A stretch of DNA of 56,764 nucleotides, filler included, from Sphacelaria rigidula (lineage: Eukaryota): NCBI GenBank assembly GCA_964200075.2. It is 7 parts of 7 records of this genome, joined end to end, with 100 filler letters (N's around TTAATTAATTAA, not from the genome) between each part and the next. Parts side by side here need not be neighbours in the genome. Positions count along the whole stretch, not along the records: positions 16,249 to 24,272 come from CAXNAA020012599.1; positions 24,373 to 32,395 come from CAXNAA020012600.1; positions 32,496 to 40,518 come from CAXNAA020012601.1; 4 more parts are not named here. The stretch is one strand, 5' to 3'. Numbering within the stretch: the first letter of the stretch is position 1; the number at the start of each line of letters is the position of its first letter. Below, piece by piece: positions 23,238-34,833 of the stretch. The notes under the pieces were generated by a model that saw nothing but the letters and a program-made list of their open reading frames with translations, was not told the origin of the DNA and did no database searches. A program made the position numbers and the translations under genes.

Positions 23238-23842
23238 GGTGCCATTGGGCCCAAGGGCGCCAGGCAAAGTAAGGCTACCCAAGGGCGTTGTAGGCCTCCT
23301 CGCCCACCACTACGGTGTTGGCCCTGAACACCCCGCACAGCTACGGAGAAGTTGCAAAGCACAGATCCAAGGCACCCAGGAGCTTGACCTCTCAAACAAA
23401 CCTCGTAGTGAGCGGCCGTCTTTGCATATTCCAATTTTATGTCGTTTTTACGCCCCCAAAAAAGGGGCGAAATATGGCCTTGTTTTGGGCCGACTGATTT
23501 TTTTGAGCTGCTTGCCCATGCAGGAGGGTGCGCAAAAAAGGGGCGGGGGGGGGTTCAACTAAAAAAATGACAAAGATTTCTAAAAAATGTCATCGCCAAA
23601 GGTATCGGGCACGGTTAAGGACCTTTGTAAACGTAATCGAGCTAACTTATATGTCAGAGGAACTAGATATATGCATGCATGCGTGAATACATACATACAG
23701 ACATACACGCAGATAGACAGACAAACTGATGCCACGATAGCCTCCCCAAGAAAAGTGGCTGGATTGGCGAGGCAAAATCTACGTACGTGTGAATCAAAAT
23801 AAACAAAGCCGAGCAAAGCGAGCAGCTGGGAACTCCCAAGCT

Positions 23843-23970
23843 GGGGATCGTTTTGGCCAATGTCGTCCACATGAGACGCCTTATCATGCAGTCTGAAACC
23901 AGCTACCATGCGCTGTGTGGCCATTTTCCTCGCGACAGTTTTGCAGCCGGCTTTGGGGGGGAGGGGGAGG
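23843..23970 (+). repeat. Interspersed repeat family B, copy 2 (G-tract occupied by a LINE 3' end)
   Basis: Matches 5925-6085. Confidence 0.75.
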
Positions 23971-24272
23971 GCGTACTCATCTGTTGCTTGCCTTAGTCGT
24001 TCGACCATTGACCACGCATCTCTTTCGAGACGGAGCACCGTTCCCACTCCTAATAGAGACACCTCTAACATTCTGGCACTCATTACGTTTCTTCCGCACC
24101 TCAGTACGTTCCTTCCATACATTATATAAAAACCTTTTACATATCTTATCCCCGTCCTGTTTCGCCGTCTGTGGCCACCACCTAGTATAGCCATCGTTTT
24201 CTCCCTACTGTCTAACGCATCGAGCGATTTCATCCCACCTTCGTTCACGTCCCGCATTTCCTCCTCCAGCAC
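23971..24272 (-). mobile_element. 3' end of a non-LTR retrotransposon (C-tract-associated family)
   Basis: Homologous to about 55860-56150. Ends ATGAGTACG followed by CCCTCCCCCTCCCCCCC on its own strand. Confidence 0.85.
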
Positions 24273-24372
24273 NNNNNNNNNNNNNNNNNNNNNNNNNNNN
24301 NNNNNNNNNNNNNNNNTTAATTAATTAANNNNNNNNNNNNNNNNNNNNNNNNNNNNNNNNNNNNNNNNNNNN
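24273..24372. other. Artificial contig spacer
   Basis: Same spacer. Confidence 0.98.
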
Positions 24373-24396
24373 CCACGCATCCCTTTCGAGACGGAG
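24373..24396 (-). mobile_element. Short copy of the same LINE 3' end (cut by contig end)
   Basis: A C-tract followed by CTCCGTCTCGAAAGGGATGCGTGG on the minus strand. Confidence 0.7.
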
Positions 24397-27300
24397 AGGG
24401 GGGGGGGGGGGAGGGGTTATTCCACCGACACAAAAGAAGCGTTTCCGGAGAAACATTGCCCACCTAGACTTGCGGACCGTAGCCGAGACAGGCCCACGGA
24501 TCACGGACCAAGAAGGCGAGTCTTGATATGCTTGACAGGGTATATAGTATAGAAAAGCAGGGACCAGTAGACCGCCGAACACAACATGATATTTACGGCA
24601 ACAAATTTTATGTTCCGAGTTATCTGCATGCGCAAGGATAAATCGACCTTTTCCCCTTTGTAGGTGAGTGACAACAACAACAACAACAGCAAATATCACT
24701 GTTGGTAAGAGGGGGCGTGCGGCATCAGAAAAACCTCCCGAGCAGTATGTATGCGCACGTCCCTGCCCTCCTTTTTTCTTCGACGGATGCACGCATGCCA
24801 TCATCCATGATCCGGGTTGGCACATGTGTTTCATAGGCCGAAGCTAAAGAAATCAAAACTTGGCACATGCCATACTATGCCTGTTACTCAACAGTCGATC
24901 TTACGGGGTCACGACACCCGCACAACCGGTTGTGGAGGGCTGGGGAGCTTGTACTACGGTAGTGGGAGCACGAATGCGCAATTTTCCCCAACAACGAGCT
25001 ATTCAGCATAAATATGGTGAGGAATCTCCAGTATATGGGTACCTCGCTATTCCACCCTCTATTTTGTACAAAGCGTTCTGGCGGGACGTCTGTACAATGT
25101 GGTAGACGCGGATCTATTGTCTGTGTCTGCATAAGTCCATGCCTGTCTTCTCTCTTGTATCCATCTCAGTACGAACCGGTATGCCTGTGTCTGTCTGTGT
25201 TTGTATATATTTGAGTATTTCTATGCCTGTCTTTCCTTGCGCTCTCACCCTCCTCCCCGCTTCTCCACTTAGGATCTCCGCAGCTTTTGGCTCGATATTC
25301 AGCTGAGTTTGCGCAAGTTCGTCTCCTGAAATCCATAATACCTCTTCAGATAATACTTGTACGTTGTGTGGAGACTTGTCGTGCAGACGAACAGAGCGCG
25401 GACGTAACCAAGGGCTCGCCAACATGCGTACGACGCCTTCTGTATCAAACAAGCACCCATGCGGCGCCGATTGGAGCTCTGCCGAAGCATAAAGTCTCCA
25501 TAGGGCACCCTCTGGACACTACATTGCCCTAGCGGGTTTTGGGGCAGCCTCGTGTTTGGGAGCTGGGTTATTATTGAGTTACGGTTAATATTCGACAGAA
25601 TCACATGTTCTTTCTGCTGTCCTTTTTTCTCTCTCTCGCTTTTCTTGGTTAATTCTGTCGCTTTGTTGTACCTATTCTTTTTTTTTTCTTATCCGTTTCT
25701 CCAACGAGTGTTTCAGTTTGGCTTTGTTTCGGGTGCGTCTATCATGTGGAGAATGACCACGAGTGGATCTTCAAGGGGTCAGTCAAAGTGCGACAATCAA
25801 TCCAATCAAACCAAAGCAAATCAAACCAAACCAATTCATCCATGGATACATTCCGGGGTCGGAGGCGGGCGAGCGCGCTGTGAAAACCCGGCCCCGATTT
25901 TCTCACGTCTAGATCATTCCTGCCCGACTCGAACTTCTTCATTGACGGCCGTACAGCCATCAGCAGTCCCGGCGATCCGGCCACACTTTCCAGCACATCG
26001 TCCGGCCACACCGCCAACATCCCCTTGCACCCGCCGATGCGAACCTTTTGCCCACCGCCCCCCCATTCATTCACAGTGCACATCCCCGAAACCCGACATC
26101 GAACCGCGGACGTCAAATTATACCCACGACAGAAGCCGGGACAAAAACAGAGGGATAGCGCGCGACAACGGGGAGTGGAGCAACGAAGGAAGCGAAAATG
26201 CGTCAAGTCACTGATTCGCGCATCCACGGGTGAAAAAGGTCGTTCTCATAAACGCAAAAAAATGAACACCATGCACTTGCTCGTGATGACGTTTCTTCCA
26301 ATGAAAAACTGAAGGGAAAAAAAAAAGGAAATTCGGACAGAATCAATCGTTACTGCAAATCTGCGAGTTATTTTTTTTCCCATTTTTATTGACTGGTTTT
26401 CGAAAACGTTTCCGTTTTATAGATGGATGAAGCAGCTCATTTGTTTTGAGCCCTCAACAGACCTAGACCCTCTTGAGCGTTTTTTTCTTTCTCAAAGGCG
26501 GTTGTGATATCCATTTCTATGATGAATGATATGTTGTGACGACACCACATATCAGTACAGTACAGTATCAGTACAGTAGTACAGCATGACACAGTCAGTG
26601 TATTCCGCGTAGAACCCCATCTTATCGGTCGGAAGTACAACCGACTGTCAGATCAATAGTCCAGCCTTGTCTTCCCGGTATCTTCGTACGGTACGCCCTG
26701 TGTTTTGTCCTCCACAGTTGGCTACCCCTCGTACCCCTCCTCCAATCTAGTATCTTTACCTATCAAGGATTTTAGCCGCGTGACAACACGCCGGCTTTAT
26801 CCACCTCGGGTCCAGCGCCGTCGAGAGCAAATATGGGAAAGGGGGGGCTACGTGAGCTAGCTCGTGATCTGGATCAGTACACTAGCAAGAAGTAATAGTT
26901 GGGTAGCTCATGAGCTGCCTAACGCGTGAGCAGATTATTTTGTTAAAAGAAGTGTACTGCGTATTGTCTATATTGCAGTAGACCCAATAATAGTCGACGC
27001 TGTACACAGTGCAACGTTTCAAGGGTCGGACAAATAATGAGTCGTCTGGAAATTACTTGGTTTTAGTATAATTGATTCGAATCGCACGAAGCAATCCCTA
27101 GGCTTTGTTTTCAGCGTTGCAACCCAGGTACACGCAGCTCAGACACGTGGAATGGCGCAAAAGTTGCGTGGATACCCCTTGGACCAGTGGTCATTTGTTT
27201 TCTCCCTTATTGGGTAGTCATGCCGAAGAAATCGTGGATTTGGTGACTCGTAGTCGTGACGATTCGTCCCAACCGTGCATTATTAACACGGGAGTAGCCT

Positions 27301-27595
27301 CGATACAGACGTAAGTGCCGTCACTGTAGACTGGAAAACAACGGCACGAATGTTTCTTGCGCAAAAGCTACTGATAAAAAAACCCGTTGACAAACATAGT
27401 CGCTGTGCGACTGGGCTGAACTTGCCGCGTTCGAGTATTGGATATTGCGAATTGAATCGATATTTGAATGCATATCATCTTCACGCACGTATCATCTTTA
27501 CGTACGTACGTCACCAAAGAAAATGATGACTTACCGAGTACAAGAACGCATCAACATTTGAATTTTAGGTGGGTGTGAGCCATTATCCCCCTAAA

Positions 27596-27694
27596 CCCTT
27601 AGACCGCGAGGTTAGTCTTCCGTTGAGTCAGCATCAATTTCAAGTGAAAAAAACGTATGCATGATCCAGAAAGACTAATCTCGCCGTCTAAGGG
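27596..27694. mobile_element. ~100-bp piggyBac-like MITE, copy 2
   Basis: TIRs CCCTTAGACCGCGAGGTTAGTCTT … AAGACTAATCTCGCCGTCTAAGGG, flanked by TAAA and TTAA. Confidence 0.75.
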
Positions 27695-28474
27695 TTAACC
27701 ACCGGATAGGCAATGCCTGCAGATCTCCGGCGATACTACTTCTTCGGTGGTGGTCTCTCAAGACTATCGGAGCGGTCTTATGGTTACCCGTTGAATATGC
27801 ATCAAACACGTAAATGAAGAATGTCAAGGCCCCCGGAGAGAGATGAGTTTGATTCTCAGAGACCACGGGCAAGTCCCGAAAAGGGAACGGGGGATAATCA
27901 ATAAAACGACAAGAAAAAAAATAGAAGCCATGGCAGCGCCGTGATGCAGACCTTCGTGAGCTCGACAAATGAAGGAAAACAGTGCGCAGGGCTGGAGCTT
28001 TTAGTGCAAAGATAAGGAACGCGGGAGACGGAATGCAGGAGACGGTCGAGAATCGTGTGCTTTTGTCCGACCTTCAGTGTAGATAGGTCATCCCAGCGCA
28101 AACGCAAAGCAAATATTTTCCACAAATACTACTTCGGGTGCACGTCAATACCCTCCTAACACTTCTGAGGTGGTTTTCGAGATGTGAAAAACAAAAATTG
28201 AGACTGCGTTCGGGCACCTGGTATGCGCTAGGCGCCTGATGTTGTGGGAGGTCCAGTCTTGCCGCGACGGTCCTGCGACGGAAAAGAAAGGCAGAAGAAG
28301 TGCGTGCACGTACGTGATGACGCAGCGACATGGTGAGGATGTTAATCGAGAACTCCAAAGTGTGGACAACTTCCATTTTGAATATATGTACCCTAGACAG
28401 TACATTCACGTTTCTCGGCAAGTCAGATTCTTGAGTCTCAGGCGCTGAACGAAAGCTAAGCGTTGTTATATATA

Positions 28475-28548
28475 CGCCTCGAAAGGGATGCGTGGTCAAT
28501 GGTCAAACGACTAAGGCAAGCAACACATGAGTACGCCCCCCCCCCCCC
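28475..28548 (+). mobile_element. ~60-bp copy of the LINE 3' end with poly(C)
   Basis: CGCCTCGAAAGGGATGCGTGGTCAATGGTCAAACGACTAAGGCAAGCAACACATGAGTACG followed by C13. Confidence 0.85.
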
Positions 28549-29109
28549 TCTCTCTCCCTCTCTCTCCCCAACACAAAAGAAAAGAGGGAAATTTGATCCG
28601 GGTTCCAATCCAGATACTACCAGTGACACTCGCCGAAACTGCCAAGGTTGTGTTCTACAATATAGGGTATACCCCGAAGTGGGAGAGTTTTGGTCGGCGT
28701 ACTACAAAACCATTCCGAAATGTGTATCGAACATTCCGGTATGGTGTTAATAGCAGGGTATCGAGCCTCGTTCCGAACAATGCAGTACATGCTTCAGAAG
28801 GGTAGAGTGTTTACCAACAAAACACCCTTTATTATACCTCGGCAAAACACCCGAGTTTCAGCCAGTATACCCTACACAACAGGATCCTTGGAAGTTTCGG
28901 AAGGGAACAAAAAATGGCGGGTAGATCCATCAAGATTCGGAACCCCAAAAACAGTGAGAGATGCTTCGTTGTCCGCTGACGATGACGCCAAAGCAACGGC
29001 ACGTAACATGTTGAATCCGTGCTGGAAAATCCTATGTAAAGAAAGTAGCGGTCCCTACTGTCGAACGCTTGACGGCTGATCGATTTCACGGCAATGCATA
29101 GTGCTGAGT

Positions 29110-29450
29110 ACTATCCTAAAAAATACCCATATCATCAGCTCCTTCTACACGAGGGGTCACACGACTGATCAAATCATGGCATCACTTTCAACAATGTGTT
29201 TTCGTGAGATTGGTGGTAGAGGATACGATTGAGAGTGAAAAGCGGTAAACTCGTGAATGAATCGTTTCGGTTCCAAAATGCCCCTCCACGAGGCCCGATA
29301 TGCTCCTTGCAGTAGCTCGCCACTGAGGCCCTTGATATCCCTGAGTAGGATATCGACGTGTAGCTGTAAGCACCCGCTAGTGATCGAGGCAAAGAAAAGG
29401 ATACACGGCGTGAAAAAATGGCCAAGTTATGGCAAATGACCAAAGCCACT
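29110..29450 (-). repeat. Interspersed repeat family C (uninterrupted paralogue of about 9230-9299 + 10471-10700)
   Basis: The minus strand GTGCTTACAGCTACACGTCGATATCCTACTCAGGGATATCAAGGGCC equals the joined flanks of the 9300-10470 element. Confidence 0.85.
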
Positions 29451-30151
29451 CTCAATCAGCGCACTACTCTCAATCCCACGAAACCATTGTTTTTGTCCAT
29501 CACGGCGACGTGTCGCTCACCTGCTGAGGTCCCGAGACATTATACCCACGCCGTCAGTGAATTGGTACGGCCCGCAGTCCTTATCCTCCACACGTCCCAA
29601 TCTACCGCCCGGCCGATTTCAGGATACCAGGAACAACACGACCGAGCAAGAGAAAAAAATAAAAATAAAACATGACTACTGACCTGCACGTGGTTTTGAC
29701 GTTTTTCTGGTTGGAAAAAATCGACGAAGCAAGAAATAAACGTGTGGGCATTAAATTTGTACCGTCAGTTTCGGGCGAAAAATAGAAAAAAAAAGGTGAA
29801 CGTTTGTGTGTAGTCTACCCAAGTTGTCATGCGGCCGACAAAAAAAATACATGATCAGATCGTGGTTCCAGTTTGATGTCTGATCAATTTGATTGATTGT
29901 CACACTTTTTGGGGTCCAACCGTGGTCTCACGAAAGACGAAACTAAAACACGCTCTAAGGGAAAAAAAAGGGGGAGGGGGGGGGGAAAGAAACAAGAATA
30001 GAAAAAAAAGAGGGATCAAACAGAACGACCTAGCAGACTAAGTTGTGACAGAAAAAGTAATGAAAAGTCAACACAAGCAAAGCACAGAGAGAAATGGCCG
30101 ACCTAAAACAAGAAGAAGGAAAACGAGACGAAAGTACCACACGTCGGACGG

Positions 30152-30950
30152 ATCAGCTCCCTATAGCTCGAGCAAGCTCTTTTTGAGCGTAGCTCCCTAG
30201 TGAGCTATGACAGCTACATGAGCTACGCATTTTTTCCTGGGGTGAGTGAGCTATGGGAGATGTATGAGCTACGCACGTTTGCGATAGGTAAGCTACCAAC
30301 CCGTAGCTCGTCAGCTCAGAATCGTCCTGGGTGAGCTATGGGAGCTGTATGAGCTACGCACGTTTGCGATAGGTGAGCTACCAGCCCGTAGCTCATCAGC
30401 TCAGAATCGCCCGGGGTGAGTTATGAGAGCTACATGAGCTACGCATGTTTGCCCTGGATGAGCTACTAACCCGTAGCTCACCAGCTCATATTCGCCCGGG
30501 GTGAGTTACGAGAGCTGCATGAGCTACGCATGTTTGCCCCGGATGAGCTATGGGAGCTGTATGACCTACGCATGTTTGCCCTGGATGAGCTACCAACCCG
30601 TAGCTCATCAGCTCATATTCGCCCGGGGTGAGTTATGAGAGCTGCATGAGCTACGCATGTTTGCCCCGGATGAGCTATGAGAGCTGTATGAGCTACGCAC
30701 GTTTGCGATAGGTAAGCTACCAACCCGTAGCTCACCAGCTCATATTCGCCCGGGGTGAGTTATGAGAGCTGCATGAGCTACGCATGTTTGCCCCGGATGA
30801 GCTATGGGAGCTGTATGAGCTACACATGTTTGCCCTGAATGAGCTATGAGAAATGCATCAGCTACACATGTTTACCCTGGATCAGCTAGGAGAGCTAGGT
30901 GAGCTGCGAGTAATTGCCCTGGATGAGCTATGAGAGCTATGAGAGCTACG
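30152..30950. repeat. GAGCT(A)-rich minisatellite with higher-order repeats
   Basis: Recurring blocks TGAGCTACGCA(C/T)GTTTGC, GAGCTACCAACCCGTAGCTCA(C/T)CAGCTCATATTCGCCCGGGGTGAGTTATGAGAGCTG. Confidence 0.9.
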
Positions 30951-30959
30951 ATTGCTTAC

Positions 30960-31066
30960 CCCTTTGACCGCGAGGGTAGGAGGTCTCTGAAACGGCATCA
31001 TTCAGACCCTAAAGATAAGGTGAAAGATGCTGATTTATCAGATCGCTAACCCTCGCGGCCAAAGGG
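30960..31066. mobile_element. ~100-bp piggyBac-like MITE, copy 3
   Basis: TIRs CCCTTTGACCGCGAGGGT … ACCCTCGCGGCCAAAGGG. Confidence 0.7.
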
Positions 31067-31070
31067 CCAA

Positions 31071-31168
31071 CCCCTTGACGGCGAGCATAAGCCATCTGTT
31101 GAATCGGCTCCAATTTCACTTGGAAACCGTATGCATGACCAGACGGACTCGTACCCTCGCGGCCAACC
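31071..31168. mobile_element. ~100-bp piggyBac-like MITE, copy 4 (tandem to copy 3)
   Basis: CCCCTTGACGGCGAG…CAATTTCAC…CGTATGCATGACC…ACCCTCGCGGCCAA. The interior matches copy 2. Confidence 0.55.
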
Positions 31169-31344
31169 GATCAAAAGAAACGAATCGGTCGATTATTGTA
31201 GACACTGAAAAATAATATATTTTTTTACCATCCGACCAAGCAAACGAGGATATGCGTTGGCTTCTTTTCTTCCTATCGCGAAGAGTGAGGCAAAATATCA
31301 CAACCTCCTGATACGCGGCGCCATCCGTTCGAACAAGAATGTTA

Positions 31345-31672
31345 CATCATGAGCGACACAGGGTTGGCCAGCGGCGAGCTAAGCATATGACGTGAGTGAG
31401 CCACGACCATGTGTCCCTGGGGTGAGTTACCAACCCGTCGCTCATCCGCTCATGTTTCCCCGAGTGAGCTACAAGAGCTGCATGAGCTACACATGTTTGC
31501 CTTGGGTGATCTATCGAGCGTAGCTCATCGGCATATGTTTTCCCTGAGGTGAGCTATGAGAGCTACATGAGCTACGCATGTTTGCCCTGGGTGAGCTACG
31601 AACTCGTAGCTCATCCGCGCACGTTTCCCTTGTGTTGAGATACCGCCCGCAGATGAGCTAGCTCATGACCTG
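31345..31672. repeat. Second, more degenerate block of the GAGCT minisatellite
   Basis: Same motifs. Ends GAGCTAGCTCATGACCTG. Confidence 0.8.
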
Positions 31673-31882
31673 TCCTACGTGTGGAAAGTACAAAGCAAAT
31701 AAAATAAAATACAATGAAACGCTGGAAAAAAAAAATATGTCTGGCTGAAACAATACGAAGACGGCGGTGATGCAAGGGCAGAGGAAGACGCAGTGCTGGG
31801 ACGGCTTCCCCACCTTTTCCGTGTGTGCGGGAAGCAGGAGTTTATGTGGGAACACTTCAACGCATGGTCATAGCACGGGATC

Positions 31883-32303
31883 TTACAAATTGGGGATGGA
31901 TCTTTTATTGGGGATGAGAAACCCGGAGAATTAAAATATTCGTATCCACACCAAATCTTCGAAATATTGTTCCATTTCTTCACCTAGCGATAGTTAATGA
32001 CAACTGCTGCACGCCATAGAAATTTGGATTCCAATCACCGAAATGTTGGGGTCCTAGGTGGAAAACCAATTTGGGGAATTCCGGGGGTCCGAACGGACGC
32101 CAAATGGTCCCAAAATTGTTATTTCATCTAGGACCCCAACATTTCGGTGATTGGAATCCAATTTTTTTATGGCGTGCAGTAGTTGTCAATAGCTATCAGT
32201 AGGTGAAGAAATGGGACCGTATTTCGAAGATTTGGTGTGGATACGGAGATTTTAATTCTCCGGGTTTCTCATCCCCAATGAAAGATCCATCCCCAATTTG
32301 TAA
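31883..32303. mobile_element. 421-bp foldback element / MITE with ~190-bp inverted arms
   Basis: TTACAAATTGGGGATGGATCTTT… is mirrored by …AAAGATCCATCCCCAATTTGTAA along the whole arm. TA|CAAATTGGGG…CCCCAATTTG|TA is consistent with a TA TSD. Confidence 0.9.
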
Positions 32304-32307
32304 TTTT

Positions 32308-32395
32308 GTGACGGTTTAAGAGACAAAGAACTAGGCTACTGACCAGTCAGCGCTGACTGGTCAGTAGTCTAGTTCTTTGTCTCTTAAACCGTCAC
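32308..32395. repeat. Loop-less 88-bp palindromic element, copy 2
   Basis: Two 44-bp arms centred on AGCGCT, with one mismatch between the arms. Confidence 0.95.
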
Positions 32396-32495
32396 NNNNN
32401 NNNNNNNNNNNNNNNNNNNNNNNNNNNNNNNNNNNNNNNTTAATTAATTAANNNNNNNNNNNNNNNNNNNNNNNNNNNNNNNNNNNNNNNNNNNN
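32396..32495. other. Artificial contig spacer
   Basis: Same spacer. Confidence 0.98.
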
Positions 32496-32580
32496 GGGGG
32501 CGTACTCATTTGTTGCTTGCCTTAGTCGTTTGACCATTGACCACACATCCCTTTCTATTTTCGAGACGGGGGGGGGGGGG
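32496..32580 (-). mobile_element. ~70-bp copy of the LINE 3' end flanked by C-tracts on both sides
   Basis: Minus strand: C-run, GTCTCGAAAATAGAAAGGGATGTGTGGTCAATGGTCAAACGACTAAGGCAAGCAACAAATGAGTACG, C-run. Confidence 0.85.
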
Positions 32581-33278
32581 ATTTTTCATTTTAGCTCCGC
32601 AAGTAGAGCCATTTTGATCCGCGCCATTTCTCGGCAAGTATAGGATGGCGAACCTCTCGTGAGATAACAAAGCCTCCAGAGGACCTTCTTGCCATGCCCA
32701 TTTACTCCTCGTTGTCTTTGACACATTGGTCGCCATTTCTCACGAGGGCAATATCCTCCCAAGTCCTTGGAAAAAACAAGCCTTCAGTGTCTTCATATGG
32801 CGTCACTGGACAGCGTACCGATATTGTAAAGCAGTGAACTCCACTTCGCGGCCAATGCGGCTAATGCGCTACCATGTTGCTCGCAGAGCAACGAAAAAAA
32901 AGCTAAGGTACTGATCACGACTGCGACAAAACAAAGTAGTCCTTCAAGTCCCGTACCGCATGCCTCGCTCGTTTCACAGCAAACGAACTCTAGTCGTCGT
33001 GGGTGTCGCCAACGTTACCATCGTATTATTTTGTTGCCTCACATGGCAAACGTGGCTCGAATAAGGTACACGCTATACTAGCACGAACATCTTGGGGCGA
33101 CGATACCTGAGGTACTGTGGAATACTCGGTACAACCAGGATCGTCCAACAAACAAGGGATCCGTTAGCATCGCCCGCGCTACCCACCTTTCATAGGTCCA
33201 ACGACTGCGACCAAGCGTCGTGGGTTCGAAGTAGTCGAAGTACTGTCGTGGTCGTCGTTTCTAGTATTGATTCTTAGG

Positions 33279-33455
33279 CGTCGACTCTCAGTTGTCGCCA
33301 TTTCCCGAAATTAGACACAAGAGTCGACTCTCAGTGGCTGCCATTTTCCGAATGTAGTCGTACGAGTCGACCAATAGTAGTCGCGTTTTCCATGTTCAGC
33401 CGTGGGAGTTGACTCTTGGTCGTCGCCATTTTTCGAAGTTAGTCCAATAGTCGGA
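33279..33455. repeat. ~43-bp GTCGAC-containing minisatellite
   Basis: GTCGACTCTCAGT(T/G)G(TC/CT)GCCATTT(C/T)CCGAA repeated, with further degenerate units. Confidence 0.65.
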
Positions 33456-34656
33456 GTCGTGAATCACGAACAAGGAGTTGTTGGACGTGTGCAATGGTCC
33501 GTGTCGGAGCCCGGAATTTTGACTAGTGATTCGTAACGAATTCGTCGGAATTAGATTCGTGGTATCCAAGCGGACTCCCGCACCCCGTTCAAGCCTGAAT
33601 CTGTCGGCGAGTTTTTTGCGCATCATGTGCCAAGATTTTGGGTCTTGTCTAAAAACTGGGCGGCGCGTGACCAAATGTACAGATACTTGTACAGTCAGAT
33701 ATTTGCGTCAAGATCACCCCGCACGCAAACTCGCGATATGAAGAACATGGTGTTTCGGCGATAACTTTCAGGCGACGATGAGTAACAGAATGAGATGTCA
33801 GCATTCAACGGTTCTTTCCATGCATCGTGGTTTGCGCGCTCAAAAAGTTGGTCAAAATCGAAATCGGAGTACGTAGTATTAGTATTGTATGGATAGTTGG
33901 GAGCAGAGTAGAACGAGAAATAGATACTCGTACTTGCCCTTGTACGCGACGAAAAAGGGCAAAAAACGCAAACGCAAGTTTCACGACACCAAACTCAGCG
34001 GATTCCAAAAATTCGACGGCTTCGCACGACCGCTTTGACTAGAAGATAACATACAACGATATGCTCGGCCTTCCCGTACCTCAATGACGTTGAAAATATT
34101 ATAGATATGGCAGTCTGACACAACATGTGTTTCTTGGCCGGTCCAGCTTCGTGAGATATCATACTCCAGAGTAGTGATGAAGGGTCACTCGGAGGCTCTA
34201 GTTTTGCTTATTGAGCGATATTCGCCGGTGCTGGAAGATGCTCAGTAGTGATAATGTTGAGGAAAATGCTGAATATGGGAAGGTAAAAATTGTACACACA
34301 TGACGAAATAAGTAAGCAGCGCGCTACTCGTATATGGAAAGGGCCCGCCCGCCCCGCCCAATAGGGGGTCGCTATCCATCGTCATGAACAGCTACTCAAC
34401 CCGCTTTTCGGGATATACATGTGCTTGTATCCCCTATGCAAATCTAGGCCCACGTTTCATGAACACTCATCGTGCGTCGCAAAGACGTACCCGATAACCC
34501 GACAGAAGTCTAGCTGCCCTGAAATTGGTGGTTGGAAGGCAGATGCCGTGCATACTTCAACACCAAGGACGATTTCCCACTTTCTTGCCGATCTGTAGGA
34601 CCGCGCCATAGGGGCATACCCAGTACAGCGCATCTTTCTTGCTAATGTCTGCATAC

Positions 34657-34833
34657 CTTTTCGGGTTGAGCCGGATCAATGGCGGCAGTTACGCCCGACC
34701 CATCCACAAGCAAGTAGGCGAAGTTATCGTGAAGGACTGGTACCGTGATAACCCTCATAGCTTGCGACCTTCCCAGAACAAGCCCTGGCTCGAAGAAATA
34801 CCTCGCCCTGTCGCGTTCCTTTGCCCAGGCCGC
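34657..34833 (-). CDS. Exon of a hydroxyacylglutathione hydrolase (glyoxalase II)-like metallo-beta-lactamase
   Basis: MRVITVPVLHDNFAYLLVDGSGVTAAIDPAQPEK matches the glyoxalase II N-terminal pattern M.V..VP.L.DNY.YL..D…A.VDP. Donor AAG|GTATGC at 34657. Upstream boundary is either a CAG acceptor at 34833 or ATG 34758. Confidence 0.8.

Noticed and set aside
23971-24411. The same LINE 3' end on both sides of the spacer, suggesting contigs 3 and 4 are adjacent
   Set aside because: The two pieces overlap in element coordinates rather than continuing each other. Assemblies commonly break at this abundant repeat.
25552-26227. 220-aa and 161-aa ORFs
   Set aside because: Composed of T-rich and CCAAA/CCG low-complexity sequence with no recognisable domain or splice structure.
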